IMG/VR virus record: IMGVR_UViG_3300001605_000025
Location: 1 to 64,000 of that record
DNA: 64,000 bases
DNA from: a virus
Taxonomy: Duplodnaviria; Heunggongvirae; Uroviricota; Caudoviricetes
Strand: one strand, 5' to 3'
Shown here: positions 51,604 through 61,972 of the stretch, piece after piece
Numbering within the stretch: position 1 is the first letter of the stretch
Layout: every line of letters starts with the position of its first letter
Program-made: the position numbers and the translations under genes
The notes under the pieces: model-generated
Database searches by the model: none
Told to the model about the DNA's origin: nothing
Seen by the model: only the letters and a program-made list of their open reading frames with translations

Positions 51604-52136
51604 CCTTCACTTCCTTACGTTTCTTTTTAGCCGATAGTCTAGCAGATTCACGTGAACATGTTTTACATACATAAGTTCGTCCTCTTTTCTCATGCCAGTA
51701 ATTAGTTGTAACGTAGAACTGATCTTCTGGTAGATCTTGTTTACAGTGAGAACATATCATTTTAAATCCTCGTTTAAATTATGTATTGTTCACCAAAAAT
51801 AACGTATTGTGCAAAGATATTTATTATTTCCTATATATGAATCGTGTGGAGTTGAACAATAAGTTATCTATGATATCTACTCACAATGCTATCCAATATC
51901 TTATTTACTTTCAGTGCGTATTCCTTACATCCACCTTGCATCTCTACAGCTACTGCAATCTCCCATAACTCAGTATCAGTAATGCAGTACTTTCGTGCAG
52001 GTGGACGTTCAATCACGATATCACCTACTTCTTATCGAACGTAATAACAACACGCTCAACTGGTAATATAGTAGCCTTAAGTTCAAGTTTCACATACGAC
52101 ACCCCGTAGAACATTAAGTCACGATTCACTCGTTCC

Positions 52137-52442
52137 TCACTTCTCCGGCCATGGTCGTCTATTAGCATGAAACATATACCCAACTCGTTGTAACGATCCA
52201 TCTAGTAGTCTAATACAAACTATCTCCGCATGATATCCAGCAGCTTCTAATGGAGCTACTTCATTACATATGATATCATTACATTCAGTAGTTAACCTAT
52301 TTGCTTGATCACCAAACTCAGTAACTGTTATCAATCCTGCTTTTAGGTCAAACCATAGATCATCTTTCCGTTTAGCTAATATCTGTAATCGATCGTGAGC
52401 ATCTTTTAATTCTTGAAGCTTCTGATCAGTCATAAATATCAC
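52137..52442 (-). CDS. hypothetical protein
   Basis: 101 aa. Confidence 0.3.
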   Translation of the reverse strand: MIFMTDQKLQELKDAHDRLQILAKRKDDLWFDLKAGLITVTEFGDQANRLTTECNDIICNEVAPLEAAGYHAEIVCIRLLDGSLQRVGYMFHANRRPWPEK

Positions 52443-53184
52443 TAAACTTCTTTAGTCCATCATCTGGAAACAACCTCGGTAACTCCTCTAACGTACACAT
52501 ACGACAGGCTGCAAACTTTCCGTCCGAACAACGATACGGGAAGTCATTCTTATCTATTGCAGCACGTAGTTTAGCAATCCGTGTCAAAGCTAACCGTCTC
52601 ATATCATCTGTTAACTGTTCAGTATATATGGCTTGCAATCTTGGATTAATCAATCGAAGTTCGGTTATAGTTCCTGGGTTACCTGATAACTCCCAAAGTA
52701 CCGCATAGAAAGCTAATTGTCGTATAGCAGATTCCGTATTCATCTTACTACCGGTCTTATACTCTATCAGTCGTACAGTATTATATAGTTTGTCAACCCA
52801 CTCTGCACCATCTAACGTTGACTTTATCTGTATACGATCACATTGCATAAACAGTTCACGATACAGTGGACAGAACTCGTTCTCACGTTCCTCATTCCTT
52901 AGTTTGTCAAGTCGTTTCCGTTGATACGATAGGAACCATTCATACATTGATAGTTCTTCTTCATTCAACCAGTCTGCGGGTATTAGTTCCGACCAATCAT
53001 CAGGATCAATAGTTAGTGCATAGTCGAAGAATCGTTCAGCAAACTCATGAAACCTAGTCCCGATCAGCATCTTCTGGTTAACGGGTTTATTAACCAGTTC
53101 GACGTATTGGTGGTAAAATTGTCTCGGACAGAAGTCATAACTTTCTAGCATCGACTTTCGTATATGTTTATCGTTCATATACAT
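52426..53184 (-). CDS. Cas4-like PD-(D/E)xK exonuclease with Fe-S cysteine cluster
   Basis: N-terminal CPRQFYHQY, core IEYKTG (EhK), QLAFYAVLW (QhxxY), C-terminal CSDGKFAACRMC. Confidence 0.7.
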   Translation of the reverse strand: MYMNDKHIRKSMLESYDFCPRQFYHQYVELVNKPVNQKMLIGTRFHEFAERFFDYALTIDPDDWSELIPADWLNEEELSMYEWFLSYQRKRLDKLRNEERENEFCPLYRELFMQCDRIQIKSTLDGAEWVDKLYNTVRLIEYKTGSKMNTESAIRQLAFYAVLWELSGNPGTITELRLINPRLQAIYTEQLTDDMRRLALTRIAKLRAAIDKNDFPYRCSDGKFAACRMCTLEELPRLFPDDGLKKFSDIYD

Positions 53185-53260
53185 CCTCCGTGAAGAATCA
53201 CCAACGCAATCGCTATTATGAATCCCAATAGGACACCCAGTACAACATCTTGATTTACGT

Positions 53261-53962
53261 TCATATGTCTAACCTGTTTGATATAATCCATCCACAACCT
53301 ATTCCAGCAGCATTACCACTAATCGTTAGCGGCATATCTTGACCGATACCAATTATACACTCCTGTAGTCTACCGATTATCGGCTGTATCTGTTTCAAAT
53401 AATCAGTAGCTACAAGTACTGTAACTTTAGGTGCTTCCTCCTTTCGTATCGTAATCTCATCACGTTTATACGTAACGTCAACAAGTTCAGCTAACTTATC
53501 TTCAAAAACGATACCATCTGGTCCATACGTTATTTTCATAGCAGCACTACTGTCTTTCTTATCATAAGCGTCAGTAATTGTTTGTATCCCAAACTTCAGA
53601 TCGTTAGGTGTCATTGTAAAAACATTAGTCCATGGAATCTTCGGACTCGGTCCAGGTTTTACACCAGTCAATCTTTTCAGTTTATAGTTTGCACGTCCTG
53701 AATGAACAACTACCGGATTATCCAGTTCAATTGTAACGTCCCCAACCATCGTAGATGGAAAGTCATCAAACCTAAGTGCTAGATTAGTTGCATCAGTAGA
53801 CGTACAAGCAACTTTACATTCTACGAATCCTACCAACGCAATATCAGTCGCAGACATGAATAGATGATCCAGTTGAACGTTGATGTTACTTTCAGGAACA
53901 AACGATCTCATAATCGCTAACGCTAATGTTAATCGTTCTCCAGTTATCGTAATACTAGTCAT
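53261..53962 (-). CDS. hypothetical protein (possible gp45/PCNA-like sliding clamp)
   Basis: 233 aa, size and neighbourhood of T4-type family B polymerase; no clear motif. Confidence 0.2.
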   Translation of the reverse strand: MTSITITGERLTLALAIMRSFVPESNINVQLDHLFMSATDIALVGFVECKVACTSTDATNLALRFDDFPSTMVGDVTIELDNPVVVHSGRANYKLKRLTGVKPGPSPKIPWTNVFTMTPNDLKFGIQTITDAYDKKDSSAAMKITYGPDGIVFEDKLAELVDVTYKRDEITIRKEEAPKVTVLVATDYLKQIQPIIGRLQECIIGIGQDMPLTISGNAAGIGCGWIISNRLDI

Positions 53963-54109
53963 GGGTACTCTCCAGTCAGTTTACCTTTATAATTTCGTCT
54001 CCGTTTGATAATTTCTGTCCTACCTTTGGTTTAATTTTCATTACCGTTGTACTCAGTTTACCTTCTGGACTTCTAACAGATACAATCCATTTCGTCTGAG
54101 GTTTCCGTG

Positions 54110-54670
54110 TCATGGTGTATTCTCGAAATAACGAGATCCCGTGGCTCCAGTCTGATCATGATATTTTGCGTCATGTTTCGAATAATACGGAACATTAGCG
54201 TGGTGTGTCTTATAAAAAACTAATTGAGCGATAGGCATCCCAGCTGTCAGAATGATAGAGCGCATATTCTCGTTCGTCATCTCTAAGGTAATTGTACCCC
54301 GGAATCCGCAATCCACCCATCCGCCAGTTTGATGTACAGTAATCCCTAATCTCGCTAACGAGCTTTTGCCTTCGATCGTCGCACATACTTCATCACTTAA
54401 CTCAATCCGTTCCATCGTTTCAGCTAGTAAGAATGAATTCTTCTCTAATGTTATCCGTTCAGCTGTAAAATGATGTAGACCAAGTTCTACTGATTCTTTA
54501 TCATATGGATCAATCGGATAGTTAAATGACTGGATATCATACACAGCAAAGTTATTACCTAGTCTAACATCAATACTATTCGACTGAATACCATTCTTAT
54601 ATAGTGGCAGTATCTTTATATCTCCACTTTCCAATAATCCGTTCAGTTGCCAATCAACCATTACGCTCAT
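54110..54670 (-). CDS. dcd: dCTP deaminase (dUTPase superfamily)
   Basis: IDVRLGNNF, GKSSLARLGITVH, HDAKYHDQTGA line up with Dcd motifs VDVRLGNKF, GRSSLARLGL, EDAKYRNQQGA. Confidence 0.8.
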   Translation of the reverse strand: MSVMVDWQLNGLLESGDIKILPLYKNGIQSNSIDVRLGNNFAVYDIQSFNYPIDPYDKESVELGLHHFTAERITLEKNSFLLAETMERIELSDEVCATIEGKSSLARLGITVHQTGGWVDCGFRGTITLEMTNENMRSIILTAGMPIAQLVFYKTHHANVPYYSKHDAKYHDQTGATGSRYFENTP

Positions 54671-55161
54671 TTATTATCATCCACCTTCGTTAACGTTGTA
54701 GTTATCGGGTTCTTTATTTCATTCGCTAACGCCCATTGTCTTGGATCATTCCACGGTTCGGGTTGGAATCCAACACCTGTTTCTTTCTTAAACTGATTAT
54801 CAGTAACGTATACAATTAAGAACCAGAGCATCCATCCTATACGTGCACGAAGTTCAGGAATTGCAACATACATCCATACGAAGTGATCAATTATAGGTCC
54901 AAAGATACTCTTTAACGTCTCATCAGTTTCATGTGACATGTAGTATTGTCTAAACATAAGCATTACGTGGTTGTTGGAGTTCCGCCAAATTGGATTACTA
55001 GGATTCCAGAGTTCAGGATCCAATTCCAGACTACCGATCACAATTGACATTCCTCTTAGTCTATCCAAAATAATAGGATCTATCGTCAACTTTCCATCTC
55101 CGTGTATCTGATATTCATTCTTATCTGTTACAGTTGCAGTCGCACTACCTTGTTGTTTCAT
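54667..55161 (-). CDS. hypothetical protein
   Basis: 164 aa, Trp-rich. Confidence 0.3.
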   Translation of the reverse strand: MKQQGSATATVTDKNEYQIHGDGKLTIDPIILDRLRGMSIVIGSLELDPELWNPSNPIWRNSNNHVMLMFRQYYMSHETDETLKSIFGPIIDHFVWMYVAIPELRARIGWMLWFLIVYVTDNQFKKETGVGFQPEPWNDPRQWALANEIKNPITTTLTKVDDNK

Positions 55162-55835
55162 CCTTTACCACCATGCATCATATCCCATAATTGACCACGA
55201 CCTGCAGGATACCAATGTTCTGGATAGAATGCCTTCAGTCCTAGACGTGATAACTCATCTCTTTTATACATATCTTTATGAACGTTCAGTCTCTCAATAA
55301 CAAAATTAACAGATCGTTCAATACCTTCATCAGTTTCGTACATATGAATTCCATAGTCCCAGAACTTGGTAATATATTCGATACGATCCATTCGTTTCTC
55401 ATGTGTCAGATATAGTGCACGTTCCTCCTTAAGTATCGTTAAACGTTTAGACTTATCGGTAGTACTCCATTCAGTATACCGTTCTATCAGTCTCCACATT
55501 AGATATCCGAATCGTTCATAGTACATATCATCATTTCGATGAAGAACCACTAGAAATGCTCCTAACCGGTGTATTGCAAGTCTATTCAACCACGAACATC
55601 CTTTTAACAATTTGGGTATCTCACGAACATACTCATCAAATAGTACCATGGTTAACTTCATACTGTCAGTTATAAACTCACCACTATCAACTCGTAACCA
55701 CTCAGGTCTTAATATCAATCCTTTCAGTAGATTAATATTATTACCGTTCATGATCACATCAAGAATCAGTGGTTTGTCTTTCGCATGGAACTCGGCTCCA
55801 TGTCCATCATCATACCATAAACTAGGAACTCTCAT
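55158..55835 (-). CDS. hypothetical protein
   Basis: 225 aa. Confidence 0.3.
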   Translation of the reverse strand: MRVPSLWYDDGHGAEFHAKDKPLILDVIMNGNNINLLKGLILRPEWLRVDSGEFITDSMKLTMVLFDEYVREIPKLLKGCSWLNRLAIHRLGAFLVVLHRNDDMYYERFGYLMWRLIERYTEWSTTDKSKRLTILKEERALYLTHEKRMDRIEYITKFWDYGIHMYETDEGIERSVNFVIERLNVHKDMYKRDELSRLGLKAFYPEHWYPAGRGQLWDMMHGGKG

Positions 55836-56340
55836 TGAACACCTGTGTCTGTACTCTTTCTAGTGGAATTGTACCAATATCTTTAACACCATATTCAACC
55901 GACGTAGCTGTAAGTGCCTGTCGGTTACCATACGAAAAATATACATAGTATAGTCCGATAGAGGATCCTTTAGGAAGTGTCACACTGAATGATCCATCAC
56001 CGGTTGTACTAGTATTGGCGACATCTTTAGAACTTTCATTTTTCACGGTAACTACTATAGCTGCTTGTGGAAGACCATCTACTGTGGCCTTACCTTGAAT
56101 TTTAATATAGTCAGGAGTCGGAGTTGGTGTAGGTGTTGGTACAATAACCAATACTAGGAGTATAGCCACGAGTATCATGACTGTCCATACTATCTGTTTC
56201 AGATCCATTTGATCACATCCAATTAGAACCATTTTGTTAGTCCGGTTTGTCCATTGATTTCTGTATCCCAATTCAATCCGATAGATTCCATTAAAGACTC
56301 CATCTTCATCTGAACTGTCTTCAGTCCCATTTTTTGCCAA
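55822..56340 (-). CDS. membrane-anchored protein with (PT)n linker and Ig-like beta domain
   Basis: TM helix (IVWTVMILVAILLVLVIV) then PTPTPTPTPD then beta-rich domain. Confidence 0.35.
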   Translation of the reverse strand: MAKNGTEDSSDEDGVFNGIYRIELGYRNQWTNRTNKMVLIGCDQMDLKQIVWTVMILVAILLVLVIVPTPTPTPTPDYIKIQGKATVDGLPQAAIVVTVKNESSKDVANTSTTGDGSFSVTLPKGSSIGLYYVYFSYGNRQALTATSVEYGVKDIGTIPLERVQTQVFNESS

Positions 56341-58508
56341 TCAACCGTAACACGAGATAATAGATCAGCGTCAGGATAATCAGTATCGATACATATAACG
56401 TCAACGGGACTAATGCAATATAATAACTTAGGCTTCTTGTCTGCCCTGAACTTAATTCCAAGAAGTTTCCGTCCATTCTCTTTACCTCGAATCCAAGGGC
56501 TTGAACCTCTCTCTTCGTGTGAACGATTCTTTGTAATACCCTTAGGTATCGCTACAAGTTGACAACCAACTCTACCGTTCAATATATTATAGTAAGTTTC
56601 TCTTATTAAACGTACTGCTGTTTCGGGATCATTGTTAACGAGAACGTTCTCGAAGAATTGTTTCATCAACGTTCTCGATATCTCGGCAGTATCCGATCGT
56701 TTGACTTCAAGCCCAGTATAGTTAACCTTTGGTGGTAGTTTTGTAAGGTCTTGTCCATCCTTCCAAATAAGAACACCGGCATAACGTTTCTTCGCAGCGA
56801 CGTCCTTGTCCGACCGTTTCTTAAACATAAGTGTGCGGTATATCTTCTCCAGTTTAAGCGTAGGAGCAAGATGGTCGGCGATATTGACGGATCGTGCCCA
56901 ATCCAAGAGATAAGTATTGAGTTCCGTCTGGATGCGCAAACCTTCTTCTGGTGTCTTAACTGGCTTGATAAACGTACTGTCCGTATCCCCATAGACGATA
57001 GTATAACCCAACTCTCTGATGCGTTTATGTAGTTCTCTGGAGATCTCGCGACCCTTTCCAGTAATAAACGCTGCGATTTCGGGTTTATGGAGTCTGGCTC
57101 CAGAAAAAGCCAAATATCCGTAGAACGCGTTGATGACATATTTCAAACTCTGTTCACTAGTTAACATAGCCTTTGAGGCTTTACCTTCCATTTTCAATCG
57201 TCTCATCACATCTCTAGCTTCCATCAATTCAACGATGATCTTAGGTATCATCTTAAGTCTGTCCGGACTCAGATTAAACGCTAAGATAATTGATGGGTAT
57301 AGAGCTTTCAAATCAGTAGTACCAACGTTCTCGTGAACACCAAACTCCGGTTGTAAGACTAACGCTCCTTCATAATCAACCGATACCACATCATGTCGCT
57401 TAGTCGGTAGAGGCATAACCTCACCAGCTAATACGACCTTATGCATGATATAGTATTCGATAATCTTTGCACGTTGATAGCAATCGGTAATCTTGATACC
57501 GACCATCCTACGGAGAGACTCGTAGAACTCTATAAGTCCAGTTTCAGCATCGATCTTCTGTAACGCAATAACATCATTCTTTCCGTACTGTATAAGTTCC
57601 TTCCAACGCTTCTCTTGGATCAAGGTACGGATATGATCTCCGTGGTCTTCGTACGTGAACTGTGCCTCGTGCCGTGCCACAAACTTTAAGTCGTAAGTTG
57701 GTAAACCACCCTTTGGCTTGCTCCAGTCCTTGTAGAATTTCAGCATATCGAAGAGTTCCCGTCCTTGCCATCTCTCCTCGTCTGGGTACGTCGTAGGCCA
57801 CCTCGATAACTTCGAAACATTGACCTTGAGCATCCTTGCTCTTCTTATGATATACGGAATATCGAACTTTTCGCTGTACCAACCGCACATCAGATCCGGA
57901 TCTGTTCTCCAAACGAACTCTACAAATGCTGTGAGTAATTCCTGTTCCGTATCGAACGACTCTTGGTCTGGGTCGATCAACTCTCCGTTCAGTGTAAACA
58001 CTTTGCACTCTGATGTGTAAGAATCTAGGACCTGTATCTGACAGATTGGCCATTTGCATTCCTCCGGTAGTGGCATTTCATCAACTGGACTATCAACTTC
58101 AATATCGAAAAAGCAGCATCTCGGTTTCAACATCGGAACGTCTATTGGGTGTCCCAGTTCATCGAACCCATACATGATTCCGTGATCGATTAGGTAACGC
58201 ATATCGTAAACGATATCCGCTTCGCACGTAAACGGAAAGAGATCACGTACCTTCGGAACGTCACTCGGTAATCTTGTGAAACATCGTGTAACGTTTCGCC
58301 CAAAAGCATCAATGTAACCAGGTTCCGTTCTAGTGATAAAAGGAGTTGACGGAATGTACGACCCTCCTCCGTAAAAGTAAGGTTCTTGATTTCCAAACCC
58401 CATAACTTTGACTTCTTCCGGTTTATCATAATTCCGACCTATCAATACCGTTATTGGTTTCCCGTTATGCATTGTCCAGAACGATTGTTCCCAAACGTAC
58501 CGACTCAT
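56223..58508 (-). CDS. family B DNA polymerase
   Basis: 761 aa; Exo I CFFDIEVD, Pol C motif TIVYGDTDSTFI (YGDTDS), K..Y..AFYG motif. Confidence 0.9.
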   Translation of the reverse strand: MSRYVWEQSFWTMHNGKPITVLIGRNYDKPEEVKVMGFGNQEPYFYGGGSYIPSTPFITRTEPGYIDAFGRNVTRCFTRLPSDVPKVRDLFPFTCEADIVYDMRYLIDHGIMYGFDELGHPIDVPMLKPRCCFFDIEVDSPVDEMPLPEECKWPICQIQVLDSYTSECKVFTLNGELIDPDQESFDTEQELLTAFVEFVWRTDPDLMCGWYSEKFDIPYIIRRARMLKVNVSKLSRWPTTYPDEERWQGRELFDMLKFYKDWSKPKGGLPTYDLKFVARHEAQFTYEDHGDHIRTLIQEKRWKELIQYGKNDVIALQKIDAETGLIEFYESLRRMVGIKITDCYQRAKIIEYYIMHKVVLAGEVMPLPTKRHDVVSVDYEGALVLQPEFGVHENVGTTDLKALYPSIILAFNLSPDRLKMIPKIIVELMEARDVMRRLKMEGKASKAMLTSEQSLKYVINAFYGYLAFSGARLHKPEIAAFITGKGREISRELHKRIRELGYTIVYGDTDSTFIKPVKTPEEGLRIQTELNTYLLDWARSVNIADHLAPTLKLEKIYRTLMFKKRSDKDVAAKKRYAGVLIWKDGQDLTKLPPKVNYTGLEVKRSDTAEISRTLMKQFFENVLVNNDPETAVRLIRETYYNILNGRVGCQLVAIPKGITKNRSHEERGSSPWIRGKENGRKLLGIKFRADKKPKLLYCISPVDVICIDTDYPDADLLSRVTVDWQKMGLKTVQMKMESLMESIGLNWDTEINGQTGLTKWF

Positions 58509-58511
58509 AGT

Positions 58512-59105
58512 TTATCCTCTGTGTAACCATCCTGGAAGTCCACCATGCACATTGAACCGATTAGATGCAATCACATCAGACCAGTCACCTGGATGCATAA
58601 TGATACAACCTCTCGGTGCAGACGCATGTACAAGTACACGTATACTTTGTCTACCATCATCTAAACCTAGATCCCAACTCATTGAATGTGTTTCAGGTAC
58701 AGAATCAACTTGCTGACCATATAGATGTAACCGATCGATAAGTAGATATACTGCTCGTCCAACGGCACACCTTATCATATCGAATCTCGAATTTTTAATT
58801 GTATCGTTATCTATAGCAAGCTGAACCCCAACAGGTAAGTATAACGTTACGACGACACGTAAATGATTATCTGAGTACGCACGAATCTTTAGATGTTCCA
58901 TAATACGTTCTACACGTGGACTAGTCCTAGCTAGTTTAACTAACTCTTCATAAACTGCACATTCTACATCTGGTTTTCTTGAACCGTTCTTTAGTTGCTT
59001 AAACGTAAGCGTAAGATGTGCTAAAGCTTCAAGTACGTCAGTAGGATTCTCATCTCTAAACAATGCAAATATCCTATCAGCTATATACTGCTGTCTAGTG
59101 TTCAT
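58512..59105 (-). CDS. hypothetical protein
   Basis: 197 aa. Confidence 0.3.
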   Translation of the reverse strand: MNTRQQYIADRIFALFRDENPTDVLEALAHLTLTFKQLKNGSRKPDVECAVYEELVKLARTSPRVERIMEHLKIRAYSDNHLRVVVTLYLPVGVQLAIDNDTIKNSRFDMIRCAVGRAVYLLIDRLHLYGQQVDSVPETHSMSWDLGLDDGRQSIRVLVHASAPRGCIIMHPGDWSDVIASNRFNVHGGLPGWLHRG

Positions 59106-59305
59106 AAATCACCACAAACCTTGAGTATACAGTTGTTCGTAAATCTCGTTAATCCGATCTCCAATTTCATCCCAACGTGCACACTCATTATCAGACAGTA
59201 CACATCCACTAGCTTCCATTGCTTGAAACCTATTCCACTGGACAACAAGTTTAGCTTGTTCAGCTTTCATAGCTTTAGCTTGTTCCCTAGTAATGTTTAC
59301 CATAT

Positions 59306-59569
59306 CTAGCTCCGTACGTAGAATCCAGGATCATTCTCTACAATGTACAATCTTCGTTCATGCTTCAATGGAACATGTGTCGGTCTCATAATTATAGTCC
59401 CATCTTCTTTCAGATAGTAATAATCATTCTCCGAAACAGGTCTCATATGTACAGCCCTACATTTTTTACATCCATAGTGTGATACAAGAATCCATCCATA
59501 GCTAGAACGTTCCGTATACCAGACACCTAAAAATGTTATGTCATCAGATCCACACGTTGGACATTTCAT
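59306..59569 (-). CDS. zinc-ribbon protein
   Basis: CPTCGSDD ... CKKCRAV. Confidence 0.35.
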   Translation of the reverse strand: MKCPTCGSDDITFLGVWYTERSSYGWILVSHYGCKKCRAVHMRPVSENDYYYLKEDGTIIMRPTHVPLKHERRLYIVENDPGFYVRS

Positions 59570-59657
59570 ACTTTCACCTTTTGTTTACGTTCCTTATTTG
59601 CCCTTCGTTTCGCATCCTTCTTATCATGCGACCGTCCTCGTGGTAACATTCTAACCA

Positions 59658-60494
59658 TTAGTCCACCATTGATCGCTTTGGTAGTTCAGACTCAGCAAAG
59701 ATCATCTGACCGTCAGCTTGTGTAAACGCATCCAGGAACTGAATATTCTTCACGATATCGTACATCATCACCTTATCATCAAGTCCAGAGTTATCAGATC
59801 CATCCCAACTAATCGGTAACCGTGATGTAACTTTCCGTCCGTCCATCTTAACGTTCCGTGTTATCTGCCACTGCTGTTTCAAATCGACTTCGTTAATAGC
59901 AGCACTAACACACAAGCTACTATCAATACTATTAAACCGACCAGCCATATTATATATTTCAAGCAGGTTATCCCATCCAAACGCGTGGACGTAACGATCT
60001 TGAGGAAGGTCCAAAAACTTATGCAAGCTACCACGATCGAAACCAAGACGGTAACTAAAGATACTGATTCCGAGAGCGACATCTCTATACTTCCGTATCA
60101 TATTCCACTGTTCTAGCATCTCGTTAGGTCTTTCGTGAAGAATACACATCAGATTAATATTATCATCCAGAAGACCTTCAGACTGGTACTCCTCCAGAAT
60201 ATCAATAGTCATCCGACCAGTTTCAATTCCATCCGTCAGTTTCTCAGGTCCAACAACGAACACCTGATCGGCATCAAGTTGTCTAGCCATGACCATCATA
60301 TGTTCAAAATCAGTAGCCTTTACATCTTCATATAATGCATTATCTAGAACTACGGTATCCCATTTCCGTCCGAGATAGAAGTCTCGATAGGCTTTAATCT
60401 TCCAGTACTGTGATAGAATAAAAACATTAGTTGTTCCTGCAACATCTAACGTCTCCAGGTATCCAATCGGAACGATCGGCATATAGTTAACCAT
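59658..60494 (-). CDS. possible TGT-like DNA-guanine transglycosylase (DpdA-like); tentative
   Basis: VVLDNALYE aligns with TGT active-site ILTDSGGFQ; HAFGWDN...FNSIDSSLCV aligns with YLMGVGKP...GIDMFDCV; no zinc site, as in phage DpdA. Confidence 0.35.
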   Translation of the reverse strand: MVNYMPIVPIGYLETLDVAGTTNVFILSQYWKIKAYRDFYLGRKWDTVVLDNALYEDVKATDFEHMMVMARQLDADQVFVVGPEKLTDGIETGRMTIDILEEYQSEGLLDDNINLMCILHERPNEMLEQWNMIRKYRDVALGISIFSYRLGFDRGSLHKFLDLPQDRYVHAFGWDNLLEIYNMAGRFNSIDSSLCVSAAINEVDLKQQWQITRNVKMDGRKVTSRLPISWDGSDNSGLDDKVMMYDIVKNIQFLDAFTQADGQMIFAESELPKRSMVD

Positions 60495-60897
60495 TCAGTT
60501 CATCTCCTTTAACAATAATAGTAGATGATGTTCCCGTTAACGCTGTTCGTTTCTTTGGACTAATCGGTTGTAAGCTAGTTACATGATCCGATAACATTGA
60601 TATGTCCGAATCCGTACCGATTACCGGAGCATGTTCCACTGATGGTTGTGTAGCATCATCCAGTAACGATAATGCTAGTGCGCAATAATTCGCAGTATCG
60701 ATCAGTTCATCACGAAGCTTAGAACTCGATACAGAGTACCGCGCTCGTGTAGCCTTAATCGTGATCTGGACTAACCAATCTTCAAGTCCATGTAATGCAA
60801 TAACATCAGTCGTATATCCAGGACCAGCAGACGTAAGTCTGTCAATCATATGTTCTAACTGTTTAATAGCTTTCTTCGTTCTTTCATCAGCAGTCAT
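60487..60897 (-). CDS. hypothetical protein
   Basis: 136 aa. Confidence 0.3.
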   Translation of the reverse strand: MTADERTKKAIKQLEHMIDRLTSAGPGYTTDVIALHGLEDWLVQITIKATRARYSVSSSKLRDELIDTANYCALALSLLDDATQPSVEHAPVIGTDSDISMLSDHVTSLQPISPKKRTALTGTSSTIIVKGDELNG

Positions 60898-60991
60898 TCA
60901 CTTACCTCGTTTTACACATTCACAGATAACACGTTTCATATCTCCGTACTTCGGACTATGAAGTTCAACTCTCACTCCAGTTCCTCCGCAT

Positions 60992-61189
60992 TTAGGACAA
61001 ATCCATTTTCTCATCATCATACCTTACAGGCATAAACATTGCTTTGGCTCCGTCGAAGATAATACACTTCTGTCGTTGAGCAACACCGATATCCATGTAT
61101 CTCTCATTCGACCTATCAATTATGATAGTACATGCGTACTCCTCACACTCTGTACAAATGTATGCAGTCTTAACGTTCTCGGATTTCAT
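60992..61189 (-). CDS. zinc-ribbon protein
   Basis: CTECEEYAC. Confidence 0.3.
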   Translation of the reverse strand: MKSENVKTAYICTECEEYACTIIIDRSNERYMDIGVAQRQKCIIFDGAKAMFMPVRYDDEKMDLS

Positions 61190-61969
61190 TCAGTTCACCT
61201 TAATCTTAGATGTGTCACGGAGATGCTTAACGATCGAATCCCATGTTGGATTCGTCAGTGGTGTGTGAGTCCCGCCAAACCGATCACCCTTAAAGATCAC
61301 TTGTCTAGTCAGTCCGTCATACTTCATTTCCAGTATAACATCAAACCAGTAGTCAGTTTTCTTCTGCCACTTAGCCTTATCGTATCCAAGATCAGCACCA
61401 CGGTCACCAACAGCAGCCTCTGCACGGAAACACCCGATAACATTCCACTGGGAGTGAAGCATCATCATGATAAACTCGTTATACCGTTTATTGGCGTGTC
61501 CCCAAGCTAACCGTCCAGGATCTGTAAAGTTCGATTCGTCCTTCCATGTTCCTAACCAATCCCATATATCAGATCCACTATCGATCACGATAGTTCCGAT
61601 TGGACCCTTATAGTCAGCGATAAAGTCAGTCAGAACATCCATCGCCTCATATGCAGCGTCTAAGCTCTTTACAACGTCAACTTTATGGAGCTTCTTATCA
61701 GCTTCATAAAGTACCTGGGCAACGTGAATCTGTTCCTGAACATCTTTTGGAAACTGTAAACGATTCAGTGACCAAGATCCTTCAGTATCTATCCCATAGA
61801 TAGGTTTAGGAGCTGTCATCGCTAGATGTGTCTTCCCGACTTTCGCACGTCCCCAACACGCTATCTTGAGACCCGAAACGTGTTCTAGTTCCACAGAAGG
61901 CTTAAAGATCTCCTTAATATTCCGTGGAACACGTTCTGGTTCGTCCTTAATCTTCTTTCCGAGTGCCAT
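61190..61969 (-). CDS. RecA-fold ATPase, Sak4/AAA_24-like recombination protein
   Basis: Walker A ACWGRAKVGKTHLA, Walker B TIVIDSGSD, ~250 aa single-domain architecture. Confidence 0.5.
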   Translation of the reverse strand: MALGKKIKDEPERVPRNIKEIFKPSVELEHVSGLKIACWGRAKVGKTHLAMTAPKPIYGIDTEGSWSLNRLQFPKDVQEQIHVAQVLYEADKKLHKVDVVKSLDAAYEAMDVLTDFIADYKGPIGTIVIDSGSDIWDWLGTWKDESNFTDPGRLAWGHANKRYNEFIMMMLHSQWNVIGCFRAEAAVGDRGADLGYDKAKWQKKTDYWFDVILEMKYDGLTRQVIFKGDRFGGTHTPLTNPTWDSIVKHLRDTSKIKVN

Positions 61970-61972
61970 ATG

